Source of the DNA: an uncultured delta proteobacterium | GTDB lineage: Bacteria > Myxococcota_A > UBA9160 > UBA4427 | DNA length: 64,000 bases | NCBI GenBank assembly: GCA_963822965.1 | Contig: CAWGJT010000012.1 | Location: 416,001 to 480,000 of the forward strand | Direction: 5' to 3' | In this document: positions 29,247 to 38,167 of the stretch, one piece after another | Numbering within the stretch: the first letter of the stretch is position 1 | Layout: the number at the start of each line of letters is the position of its first letter | Position numbers and translations under genes: made by a program | Notes under the pieces: generated by a model | The model's database searches: none | The model's input: only the letters and a program-made list of their open reading frames with translations | What the model was told of the DNA's origin: nothing

Positions 29247-30440
29247 CTACGGAGCCGTGATCTCCGGGCTCTCGGTCGCCCCGGGCGCCCACGCCCCGGG
29301 CGAGGAGAGGGTCTGCGGCCACGAGAGCATCCACGGCCACGCCGCCGCGAGGGCCTGGGGCCAGAGGTAGTGGAATCCCGGAGACGGCCACCCGGGCATC
29401 GCGCGGGCGCTGGGCGGCGGGAGCGACGCCCGCGTGTACAGGTTCCGGCGCCACTCGTTGGTGCGGTGATAGCTCACGACGAAGGACCGGTTCACGCCCA
29501 CACGCGCCTCGAGCCGTCCCACCGCGTCCTCGATGGTGCCAATGTGGTCGATGAGGCCGTTCTCGAGCGCCTGGGGAGCGCTGTAGATTCGGCCGTCCGC
29601 CAGCTCGTCGACGCGCTCCCGGGACAGGCGCGGACGGCCCGCGTCGACCACCTCGCGAAAGCGCTCGTAGAGATCGTCGATCACGCTCTGCAGGATCGCG
29701 CGCTCTTCCGGGGTCTGGGGGCGGGTCATCGATCCGGCGTCCTTGTAACGCCCTCCGGTGATCGTCTGGTCCTCGACTCCCCATCGCTCCATGAGCCCCG
29801 AGAAGTTGAGGCTGGCGAAGAGGACGCCGATCGAGCCCGTCACCGCCGTCGGCTCCGCGACGATCTCGTCGGCGGCCATGGCGACGTAGTAGCCCCCCGA
29901 CGCCGCCATGCCGTAGAAGTGGGCGACGATCGGAATGGCCTGCTGGCGCTTGAAGCGCAGGAGCTCCGAGTAGATCACGTCGCTCGGCGTGGCTTCGCCG
30001 CCGGGACTGTCGATGCGGAGCAGGATCCCGCGGACGCTCTCGTCGGCGCGCGCGCGGTCGAGCTGCTCGCGAATGCGCCCGGCGGTGCTCTCCTGGCTCA
30101 GGCCGAGCAGTCCCACCGGCTCGCCTTCTCCGATCACGCCGTCCACCTCGATCAGGACGAACTTCGGGGACGAGCGGTCGGCGTCGTGGCTGTAGATGAC
30201 CGTCTCGACGAAGGGGGATCGGCCCTCGCCGAACAGGTCGATCTGGATGCATCCGACGAGCAGCGATGCCAGCGGCGCCAGCAGGAGCGCCGCTCGACGC
30301 CCCTTCGGACGGCCTTCCGCAGGCCGAGATCCGCGCCGAGCCCGCAGCGGAAGCGAAGGAACGGGAGCGCGGGGCTCCGCGGTCGCCCCCCAACGACCGA
30401 CGATTCCCCGCGCTCCCAGGCGCCTGTTCAAGCGAGCCAC
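29247..30440 (-). CDS. sppA: Signal peptide peptidase SppA (short, lipoprotein-type; start likely nearer 30300)
   Basis: LLVGC lipobox, LRIDSPGG, AASGGYYVA, TGSIGV, ADGRIYS..ALENGLID. Confidence 0.9.
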   Translation of the reverse strand: MARLNRRLGARGIVGRWGATAEPRAPVPSLPLRARRGSRPAEGRPKGRRAALLLAPLASLLVGCIQIDLFGEGRSPFVETVIYSHDADRSSPKFVLIEVDGVIGEGEPVGLLGLSQESTAGRIREQLDRARADESVRGILLRIDSPGGEATPSDVIYSELLRFKRQQAIPIVAHFYGMAASGGYYVAMAADEIVAEPTAVTGSIGVLFASLNFSGLMERWGVEDQTITGGRYKDAGSMTRPQTPEERAILQSVIDDLYERFREVVDAGRPRLSRERVDELADGRIYSAPQALENGLIDHIGTIEDAVGRLEARVGVNRSFVVSYHRTNEWRRNLYTRASLPPPSARAMPGWPSPGFHYLWPQALAAAWPWMLSWPQTLSSPGAWAPGATESPEITAP

Positions 30441-30486
30441 CCCTTCGAGCGAGCCCTTCCGCGAGCGGCCGCCGCTTGCTCCACGC

Positions 30487-33339
30487 TCAGCTGCAGCCGC
30501 TCGTGCTGCCGCAGTTCGGGCACTTGTAGCAAGCCCCGTTGCGAATCATGATCGAGCCACAGTCCATGCACGACGGCGCATCCGCCTGGTTGACGAAGCT
30601 GCCGACGACCTGGCCGGGAGAGCTCGCCACCGCGCCGCCGGCCACGGCTCCGCGCAGGGGAATCGCGGCAGGCAGCGAGGAGACAGCGGACGGCGCCGAG
30701 ACGGGCCCGGTCGCACCCTCGCTCTCCTCACCGGACTCGCCGAGCTCGTCGTCGGCCTGGCCCTCGAGATAGCGGTTGCCCAGATAGCGGAACACGTAGT
30801 CCACGAGCGACTTCGCGATCGGAATCTCCCGATTGTTCGTGAAGCCCGACGGCTCGAAGCGCGTGTGGCTGAACTTGTCCACCAGCGCCTTCAGGGGCAC
30901 GCCGTACTGGAGCGAGACGGACGTCATCGTCGCGATGGTGTCCATCAGGCCGGAGATCGTGCTGCCCTCCTTCGCCATGCGCAGGAAGATCTCGCCCGGC
31001 TTGCCGTCGTCGTAGAGCCCGACGGTCAGATAGCCTTCGTGGCCCGCGATCGAGAACTTGTGGGTGAAGGCCTGCCGCTCGTCCGGCAGCTTCCGCCGCA
31101 GCGGACGCGCCTCCTGCAGGTTCACGACCTTGGCGCCCTGGCCCTTCTCGCTGCCGGCGTTCAACGGCTGGGTCCGCTTGCTTCCGTCGCGATAGACGGC
31201 GAGCGCCTTCAGGCCGAGCGCCCAGCCCATCGTGTAGGCCTCCATGATGTCGTCGACGCTGGCGTCTTCGGGCAGGTTGACCGTCTTGCTGATCGCTCCC
31301 GAGAGGAAGGGCTGCACCGCACCCATCATGCGCACGTGTCCCATCCAATCGATGGAACGGGTGCCGTTCTGGGGCCGGAACGCGCAGTCGAAGACCGGAA
31401 GGTGCTCGTCCTTGAGGGCCGGAGCGCCTTCGATCGTCTCGTACTCCTCCACGTAGGCGGTGATCAGCTCGATCTCCTCCATCGTGTAGCCGAGGCGCCG
31501 CAGAGCCATCGGGACCGTACGGTTCAGGATCTTCAGGTAGCCGCCGCCGACCAGCTTCTTGTACTTGACGAGCGCGATGTCGGGCTCCACGCCGGTGGTG
31601 TCGCAGTCCATCATGAACGCGATCGTCCCGGTCGGTGCCAGCACCGTCACCTGGCCGTTCTTGTACCCGTGCTGCCGGCCCTGCTCGAGCGCCGACGCCC
31701 AGGTCTTCACCGAAGCGTCGAGCAGATCCGCGGGAACGCCCTCGGCCGCCACCGACTCGGCGGCCGCCTTGTGCATCTCGATGACCTCGAGGAAGGGCTT
31801 GCGGTTGGCCCGATAGCGCGCGAAGGGCCCCATCGCGGAGGCGATCTCCGCGCTCGTCAGGTAGGCCTGTCCGCACATCAGCGACGTGATCGCCGCGGCC
31901 AGGTTGCGGCCCTCGTCCCCGTCGTACGGCTCGCCGAACGCCATCAGCAGCGCGCCCAGGTTCGCGTATCCGAGCCCGAGGGGCCGGTACAGATGGCTGT
32001 TCTTCGCGATCTCCGGCGTGGGGTAGTCGGCCGGGTCGACGATGATCTCCTGGGCGAGGATCGTGAGGGCGACGGCCCGGCGGAAGTCCTCGACCTGGAA
32101 CTCACCGCATTCCCCGTCCTCGGCGGCCGCCACGAAGGTCATCAGGTTGAGGCTGGCCAGATTGCAGGCGGTGTCGTCCAGGAACATGTACTCGGAGCAC
32201 GGGTTGCTCGAGTTGATCCGACCCGAGTTCTTGACCGGGTTCCAGCGGTTGATCGTGGAGTCGTACTGGATCCCGGGATCCCCGCAGACGTGGGCGGCCT
32301 CGGCCATCTCGCGCACCAGTTCCCGCGCCTTCAGGCTCTCCACCACCTCGCCCGTGGTCACGGCCTTGGTGGCCCAGCCGGCATCGGCCTCGGCCGCGTG
32401 CATGAACTCGTCGGTGACCCGCACCGAGTGGTTCGCGTTCTGGAAGAAGATCGAGTCGTAGGCACCACCCGGGACGTTGAAGCCCCCGTCGTAGCCCGCA
32501 TCGATCAGCGACCAGGCCTTCTTCTCCTCGTCGGCCTTCGAGTGGACGAACTCGCGGATGTCGGGATGGTCGACGTTGAGGATCACCATCTTGGCTGCAC
32601 GGCGCGTCTTGCCGCCGGACTTGATCACGCCCGCGAAGGCGTCGAAGCCCTTCATGAACGAGACGGGACCGGAGGCCACGCCCCCGCCCGCGAGCAGCTC
32701 GTGGGAGGAGCGGATCTTCGACAGGTTCGAGCCGGTGCCCGAGCCGCCCTTGAAGAGCATCGCCTCGGTCTTCGCGAGGGACATGATCGAGTCCATCGTG
32801 TCGTCGACCGAGTTGATGAAGCAGGCGCTGGCCTGCTGCGGCGTGTTCGGCACCCCGAGGTTGAACCAGACCGGGCTGTTGAACGCCACCATCTGGTGTA
32901 CCAGCATGTAGCTGAGCTCGTCCGAGAAGGTCTCCTCGTCCGCCGGGCTGGCGAAGTACCCGGCGTCGCGCCCCCATTCCGTGATCCGTCCGACCACGCG
33001 GCCGATCAGCTGGCGGACGCTCGTCTCGCGGCCCGGCGTGCCGATGTGACCGCGGAAGTACTTGGAGACCACGACGTTGGTCGCGAGCTGCGACCAGGAC
33101 CGGGGGATCTCGCAGTCGACCTGCTCGAAGACGGTCTCGCCCTTCTCGTTGCTGATGCGCGCGGTACGCAGCTCCCACTCGACGCTGTCGAACGGATCCG
33201 CCCCCTTCTGGGTGAAGTGGCGCGGGATGTGGAGACCCGCCGGCCGGGTCTTCCCGCTCTTGCTCCCGGCCACCTTCTTCGCGCCCTTCTGGCCCTTCGC
33301 GCCGCCTGCCGTGCTGTTCACCGCCTTCCCCCCGTTCAC
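30487..33339 (-). CDS. nrdJ: Vitamin B12-dependent class II ribonucleotide reductase (fused C-terminal TSCPD and Zn ribbon)
   Basis: FNSPVWFN, QASACFI, SGGKTRRAAKM, SNPCSEY, GLGYANLG, LAPTGTI, GAISKTVN, YRDGSK, CMDCG...CPNCGSTSGCS. Confidence 0.96.
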   Translation of the reverse strand: MNGGKAVNSTAGGAKGQKGAKKVAGSKSGKTRPAGLHIPRHFTQKGADPFDSVEWELRTARISNEKGETVFEQVDCEIPRSWSQLATNVVVSKYFRGHIGTPGRETSVRQLIGRVVGRITEWGRDAGYFASPADEETFSDELSYMLVHQMVAFNSPVWFNLGVPNTPQQASACFINSVDDTMDSIMSLAKTEAMLFKGGSGTGSNLSKIRSSHELLAGGGVASGPVSFMKGFDAFAGVIKSGGKTRRAAKMVILNVDHPDIREFVHSKADEEKKAWSLIDAGYDGGFNVPGGAYDSIFFQNANHSVRVTDEFMHAAEADAGWATKAVTTGEVVESLKARELVREMAEAAHVCGDPGIQYDSTINRWNPVKNSGRINSSNPCSEYMFLDDTACNLASLNLMTFVAAAEDGECGEFQVEDFRRAVALTILAQEIIVDPADYPTPEIAKNSHLYRPLGLGYANLGALLMAFGEPYDGDEGRNLAAAITSLMCGQAYLTSAEIASAMGPFARYRANRKPFLEVIEMHKAAAESVAAEGVPADLLDASVKTWASALEQGRQHGYKNGQVTVLAPTGTIAFMMDCDTTGVEPDIALVKYKKLVGGGYLKILNRTVPMALRRLGYTMEEIELITAYVEEYETIEGAPALKDEHLPVFDCAFRPQNGTRSIDWMGHVRMMGAVQPFLSGAISKTVNLPEDASVDDIMEAYTMGWALGLKALAVYRDGSKRTQPLNAGSEKGQGAKVVNLQEARPLRRKLPDERQAFTHKFSIAGHEGYLTVGLYDDGKPGEIFLRMAKEGSTISGLMDTIATMTSVSLQYGVPLKALVDKFSHTRFEPSGFTNNREIPIAKSLVDYVFRYLGNRYLEGQADDELGESGEESEGATGPVSAPSAVSSLPAAIPLRGAVAGGAVASSPGQVVGSFVNQADAPSCMDCGSIMIRNGACYKCPNCGSTSGCS

Positions 33340-33750
33340 TGTCGTTTCCCCGCTCGCGGACTCTCGCCTCGCCCGCCTCGTTTCGTCCTCGACTCGAGCC
33401 CCCGCCGTTCGCGGCGCGGCCGACCCGGGCTCGTACCTCCGGCACCCGCCGCGCGACGGCCCATCAAGCTACCGGGCCCCCGTACGCCGCGATATGTGCC
33501 GGCGTGAAAAAACCATCGTTCGTCTTCCAGTCCGTCCGAGCCACCGGGACGACGACCCCCGCGCGTCCGCCGACCACCCCGGGCCGCGCGCGCCCGACTC
33601 CGCCGGACCGGACTTCGTCGCCGGTCTGGAGGGTGTGCTTGCGGGTGCGAGACGCTTCGGGGATCGAGAGCTCGGCCTGGCACGGGGCCGATCCGAGCGG
33701 CGGGTTCGTTGTCTCGAGGCTTCGGATCAAGGGCTTGCTCGTGGCTGGGA

Positions 33751-33930
33751 TCGCGGGTGGGTCTTCTTGGGCGGGTCTCTCTCTGCTGCGTCTCTCTTTC
33801 TTTCTCTGTCTTTCTTTCTCTTCTCTTTCTCTCTTTCTCTCTTTCTTTCTCTCTTTGGCTTTGGCTCTTTCCGGTTCTCTGGCTCTTTCCGGTTCTTGCT
33901 TCCGGTTCGTCCGGCTCGTTCGGGCTTCCG
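33751..33930 (+). repeat. Low-complexity A-free / pyrimidine-rich tract in the nrdJ upstream region
   Basis: 180 nt without A on the + strand; 33809-33856 is pure C/T; TGGCTCTTTCCGGTTCT occurs twice. Confidence 0.9.
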
Positions 33931-34084
33931 ATCCGGCGCAGATGAGAGAGGCGCCGGTCTCCCGGCGCCTCCGAGTCAGATTCAGGTCCTCCACCCTACT
34001 CTGTCTCGCGCCCCTCCCTCGCAACCGCCTAGTTGCGACCCCCCCAGGCTACAGGGAGGGACATCACATCCCCGTACGCCGTTC

Positions 34085-34113
34085 TTGATACTCTCGGCGC
34101 CAAATCGAGTCAA
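34085..34113 (-). promoter_or_regulatory. Sigma70-like promoter pointing toward nrdJ
   Basis: Minus strand TTGACT-17 nt-TATCAA in an AT-richer patch. Confidence 0.5.
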
Positions 34114-34132
34114 TAGAAATTTCGCCGGTCAG

Positions 34133-34177
34133 CCACAAAATCTTGGGCCTGTATGCCCCATACACCACAAGTGGTTG
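34133..34177. promoter_or_regulatory. Pair of NrdR-box-like sites
   Basis: CCACAAAATCTTGGGC (34133) and ACACCACAAGTGGTTG (34162) resemble acaCwAtATaTwGtg, upstream of an RNR gene; 29-nt spacing is slightly atypical. Confidence 0.5.
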
Positions 34178-34303
34178 AGTCTACAGGCTTCTCGGCCAAC
34201 GGGGAAGCGAACGCCGGCAGACCACACGCACCTTGCGGTCCGACCCGCTCGGAAATGAATGGGAAAATGGGCGCACACCCGGCGGGGCCGGGGGCCGGCC
34301 GCC

Positions 34304-34993
34304 TCAGGCGTCCTCGGGGAGCCCCGTCAGCCGGATCCCGAGCCCCTCGGGCGTCTTGTACCGGATGTTGAGCCCGATCAGGAGGGCGGTGATCTGCTCC
34401 ACGATCCTCGCATTGGCCAGGGGTCCGCCGTTGATCGCCCGCAGCCCCGGAACCAGCGGACACAGGGCCATCACGCGTTCGCGGGGTGCCTTGGCGCCGG
34501 AGACGATCACGTCGCACTCCACGGGCTCGTCGAGATGCTGGAGCCGGTGCGCGGACACGTTCTGGAAGGCGGACACCACCTCGACGCCGGCCGGGACCAG
34601 GCTGGCCAGCAGCTCCGCGCAGGAGCCCTGCCAGACGCCGACCGTCCGGACGGCCCCGTCGCCGATGGCGGCCGCCAGGGGCACCGCCATCGAGACCAGG
34701 ACCTTGCCGGGAGTGAGCTCGTCCCGGATGCCCTTCACGGTGGCCGCACTGTGCTCGAAAGGCACCGACAGGATGACGAGGTCGGCCTCGCGGGTGGCCT
34801 CGGCGTTGCCGAGTCCGACGACCTCGCCTCCGGGCACGGCGGCCAGCACCTCCTTGGCCGCCGCCTCCGCTCGTTCGGGCTTGCGCGAGCCGATCACCAC
34901 GCGCCGTCCGGCCCGGGCGAAGCGGAGCGCGAGCCCCAGCCCCTGGTCGCCGGTGCCGCCCAGGATCGCGATTGCATCGGATTGGCTCGTCAT
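34304..34993 (-). CDS. npdG: NADPH-dependent F420 reductase (Fno/NpdG)
   Basis: IAILGGTGDQGLGLALR, IGSRK..RA, GSCAE, VVSAFQNVSA, GGPLANARIVEQITALLIGLNIRY. Confidence 0.88.
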   Translation of the reverse strand: MTSQSDAIAILGGTGDQGLGLALRFARAGRRVVIGSRKPERAEAAAKEVLAAVPGGEVVGLGNAEATREADLVILSVPFEHSAATVKGIRDELTPGKVLVSMAVPLAAAIGDGAVRTVGVWQGSCAELLASLVPAGVEVVSAFQNVSAHRLQHLDEPVECDVIVSGAKAPRERVMALCPLVPGLRAINGGPLANARIVEQITALLIGLNIRYKTPEGLGIRLTGLPEDA

Positions 34994-35028
34994 GCGGGCG
35001 AAGCTAGCACGACGGCTATTCTCGGGCC

Positions 35029-35352
35029 GTGTCCGCCGACCCGACGACCACCCCCGCCCGCATCTTCCAGCACGGACCGCGCGAGCTGGCGATCGACTGG
35101 CAGGACGGGCGGAAGAGCGTGTACGACGTCCGCGCGCTGCGGCTGGCGTGCGGGTGCGCGTCGTGCGTCGACGAGTGGACCGGCGAGAACCGTCTGGACC
35201 CGTCCGCCGTTCCCGACGACGTCCACCCCCTGCGCATCGACCCGGTGGGTCGCTACGCGATCCAGATCGAGTGGAGCGACGGTCATTCCTCGGGCATCTA
35301 TCCCTTCCGCCGCCTGCGAGAGCTGTCCACGACGGCGGCCGCATCCGCGTGA
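35029..35352 (+). CDS. DUF971 / gamma-butyrobetaine hydroxylase N-terminal-like protein
   Basis: LRLACGCASC...PVGRYAIQIEWSDGHSSGIY. Confidence 0.88.
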   Translation: MSADPTTTPARIFQHGPRELAIDWQDGRKSVYDVRALRLACGCASCVDEWTGENRLDPSAVPDDVHPLRIDPVGRYAIQIEWSDGHSSGIYPFRRLRELSTTAAASA

Positions 35353-36155
35353 GCCGCAGGTCGACGCCGCAGCTCTCGCGGGACGAGCTCGTGCAGGCCG
35401 CCCGGGTGGCCGAGCGGGCGGCGGATCGCGCGCGCCGGGAGACCCTGTCGCGCTTCCGGGCCGTCGAGGTGGAGACCAAGTCCGACGGATCGCCGGTCAC
35501 CGAGGCGGACCGGGCGGCGGAGCGGGCGATCCGCGCGGTGCTCCAGGAGTCCTATCCCGACTTCGGAATCCTGGGCGAGGAGTACGGTGCGCAGGACGTC
35601 TCCGACGGTCGGCCCTGCTGGGTGATCGACCCGATCGACGGAACGATCTGCTACTCGCGGGGCATTCCGCTCTTCTCGACCCTGATCGCGCTGGTGGTGG
35701 GCGGTCCGCAGGGAGTGAGCGGCCGCTCGGTGGTGGGTCTCATCGACCTTCCGGCCCTGGACGAGCGCTACGTCGGCTTCACGGGCGGCGAGTGCCTCCG
35801 CAACGGCAAGCCCGTGCGCGTCTCCGCACAGGGGGACCTGGCCCGGGCGATCGTCTCCCACGGCGATCCCTTCTGCTTCGACCGCGCCGGCCAGCGCGCG
35901 GGCTTCGAGCGCATGGCCCGGGAGATCCCGATGCTGCGCGGCTACACCGACGCCTTCGGGCACAGCCAGGTGCTCGCGGGAGGCGTGGACGCGATGGTCG
36001 ACTTCGACCTGAATCCGTGGGACGTCGCCGCCACCGACGTGCTGATCCGCGAGGCGGGCGGCGACTGCCGCACCTACCGGCAGGACAACGGCAAGGTCGG
36101 CATCGTGATCGGCAGCCCCGCCCTCGTCGAGCAGCTCGCCTCGTTCTTCGTCTGA
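35349..36155 (+). CDS. hisN: Histidinol-phosphatase HisN-like inositol monophosphatase
   Basis: VETKSDGSPVTEADRAAE, GILGEEYG, WVIDPIDGT, PWDVAA; GTGA overlap with the upstream gene. Confidence 0.75.
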   Translation: MSRRSTPQLSRDELVQAARVAERAADRARRETLSRFRAVEVETKSDGSPVTEADRAAERAIRAVLQESYPDFGILGEEYGAQDVSDGRPCWVIDPIDGTICYSRGIPLFSTLIALVVGGPQGVSGRSVVGLIDLPALDERYVGFTGGECLRNGKPVRVSAQGDLARAIVSHGDPFCFDRAGQRAGFERMAREIPMLRGYTDAFGHSQVLAGGVDAMVDFDLNPWDVAATDVLIREAGGDCRTYRQDNGKVGIVIGSPALVEQLASFFV

Positions 36156-36336
36156 TCCTCCCCCGGAGCCGGGGCCGGCCCGACGCGCCCCGCTACGGCG
36201 GGCTTCGAAGCCCGGACGGTGCGCTATTCTGGCGCGTCCCGCGCTGCGCATCGCCGCCCGCGCGCCGGGGCGCCCCAGGCGACACCGCAGAACCGGCCAG
36301 ACCGGAAGACGCCGTACACAAGGAAAGGCTCGCCCG

Positions 36337-37986
36337 ATGACCGCCACCTCCCATCCCACCCTCTCCGACGCCCGCAGCCTGCTCGCCGCCGGCGAGCAGC
36401 TCTTCGAGAAGGCCCTCGCCAGCGCGAAGGAGATCACCGAGAACGGCCGCACGATCGACGACCACCAGGTACTCACCGAGCGCATCGCCTACGCGGCGAC
36501 GGAGGTTCGCGCGGCCCGGGAGGTGCTCGACTACGCCGACGCCGTGGTCGCAGAAGGGCGCAGCACGGAAGCCCTGGAGCGCCTGTGGGCCACCTCCGCG
36601 GCCGAGCTGGTGGCCAGCCTGCGAGATCGTCTCGAGCCGGCGGTCGACGAGCTGGGCATCGGCGACGACGCGCTCGAGCAGGCCTTCCCGGCCGAGGTGC
36701 GCAAGCTGCTGCGCGCCGCCACCCACGAGTCGGTGTTCCGCGCCATCGGCGCCCACGTCGCGGAGACCCGGGGCGCGAACGACACCCCCCTCGAGGAGAT
36801 GCTCGAGCAGGTGCGGGAGCAGGTCCGGGAGTTCGCCCGCAGCGAGGTGATGCCGCACGCCGAGCACATCCACCGCCAGGACGAGATCGTTCCCGAGGAG
36901 TTCATCGAGAAGATGTCCGAGCTCGGCTTCTTCGGGCTGTCCGTCCCCGAGGAGTACGGCGGCGTCGAGATGGGCAATCTCGCCATGATCCTGACCACCG
37001 AGGAGCTCTCGCGCGCCTCCCTCGCGGCGGCGGGCTCGCTCATCACGCGCCCCGAGATCCTCACGAAGGCCCTGATGGGCGGCGGCACCGAGGAGCAGAA
37101 GAAGCACTGGCTACCGCGGCTCGCGTCGGGCGAGGTCATGGTGGGCATCTCGGTGACCGAGCCGGACTACGGCAGCGACGTGGCGAGCATCAAGTGTCGC
37201 GCCGAGCGGCGAACGGTGGACGGCCGGGACGGCTGGGTGATCGACGGCGCCAAGGCCTGGTGCACGTTCGCGGGCCGGGCCAACGTGCTGGCGGTGCTTT
37301 GCCGCACCGATCCCGACCAGCCCGGCGCACGCGGACTCTCGCTCTTCATCGTTCCGAAGGAGCCCGACTGGGGCCATGCGTTCGAGACGGTGCAGCCGAC
37401 GGGCGGCCGCATCGTCGGCAAGGCCGACGCCACGCCGGGCTACCGGGGCATGCACTCGTTCACCCTGAACTTCGAGAGCTACTTCGTGCCCGCGGAGAAC
37501 CTCGTGGGCGGCGACGACGGGCTCGGCAAGGGCTTCTACCTGCAGATGGCGGGCTTCGCGGCCGGTCGGCTCCAGACGGGCGGCCGTGGCTGCGGGGTCG
37601 CCCAGGCGGCGCTCGAGGAGACCGCGCGCTACGTGGTGGACCGCAACCAGTTCGGTCACCCGATCGCGGAGTTCCAGCTCACCCAGTACCACCTCGGCCG
37701 CATGGCGACCCAGCTCGCCGGCGCCCGCGCGATCACCTACCAGGCGGCGCGCGAGATGGACGAGGACGAACGCGCGGCCGCCCCGCTCGCCGCCCAGGCG
37801 AAGCTGCTGGCCTGCGACGTCGCGGTCACGACGACGCAGATCGGCCAGCTGCTGCACGGGGGCTGGGGCTACGCCGAGGAGTACCCGATCAGCCGCTACG
37901 TGGTGGACGCCCAGGTGCTGCCGATCTTCGAGGGCGTGAAGGCGACGATCGAGCTGAAAGTGATCGGACGCGCCGTCCTGGCCTGA
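36337..37986 (+). CDS. Acyl-CoA dehydrogenase with N-terminal helical extension
   Basis: ELGFFGLSVPEEYGG, VTEPDYGSD, RNQFGHPIAEFQ, LHGGWGYAEEY, IFEG. Confidence 0.92.
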   Translation: MTATSHPTLSDARSLLAAGEQLFEKALASAKEITENGRTIDDHQVLTERIAYAATEVRAAREVLDYADAVVAEGRSTEALERLWATSAAELVASLRDRLEPAVDELGIGDDALEQAFPAEVRKLLRAATHESVFRAIGAHVAETRGANDTPLEEMLEQVREQVREFARSEVMPHAEHIHRQDEIVPEEFIEKMSELGFFGLSVPEEYGGVEMGNLAMILTTEELSRASLAAAGSLITRPEILTKALMGGGTEEQKKHWLPRLASGEVMVGISVTEPDYGSDVASIKCRAERRTVDGRDGWVIDGAKAWCTFAGRANVLAVLCRTDPDQPGARGLSLFIVPKEPDWGHAFETVQPTGGRIVGKADATPGYRGMHSFTLNFESYFVPAENLVGGDDGLGKGFYLQMAGFAAGRLQTGGRGCGVAQAALEETARYVVDRNQFGHPIAEFQLTQYHLGRMATQLAGARAITYQAAREMDEDERAAAPLAAQAKLLACDVAVTTTQIGQLLHGGWGYAEEYPISRYVVDAQVLPIFEGVKATIELKVIGRAVLA

Positions 37987-38013
37987 TCCGCAGAGCCGGT
38001 GCGCGCGCGGACG

Positions 38014-38165
38014 CTTCGGTCGCGCGGGCCGATCCGTCTTCTTCGGTCGCGCGGGCCGATCCGTCTTCTTCGGTCGCGCGGGCCGATCCGTCTTCTTCGG
38101 TCGCGCGGGCCGATCCGTCTTCTTCGGTCGCGCGGGCCGATCCGTCTTCTTCGGTCGCGCGGGCC
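38014..38165 (+). repeat. 27-bp tandem repeat, 5 full copies plus 1 partial
   Basis: CTTCGGTCGCGCGGGCCGATCCGTCTT starting at 38014, 38041, 38068, 38095, 38122, partial at 38149; no spacers. Confidence 0.95.
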
Positions 38166-38167
38166 CG

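Noticed and set aside
38014..38165. 27-bp repeats as a CRISPR array
   Set aside because: Units are directly adjacent with no unique spacers, and no cas genes are present.
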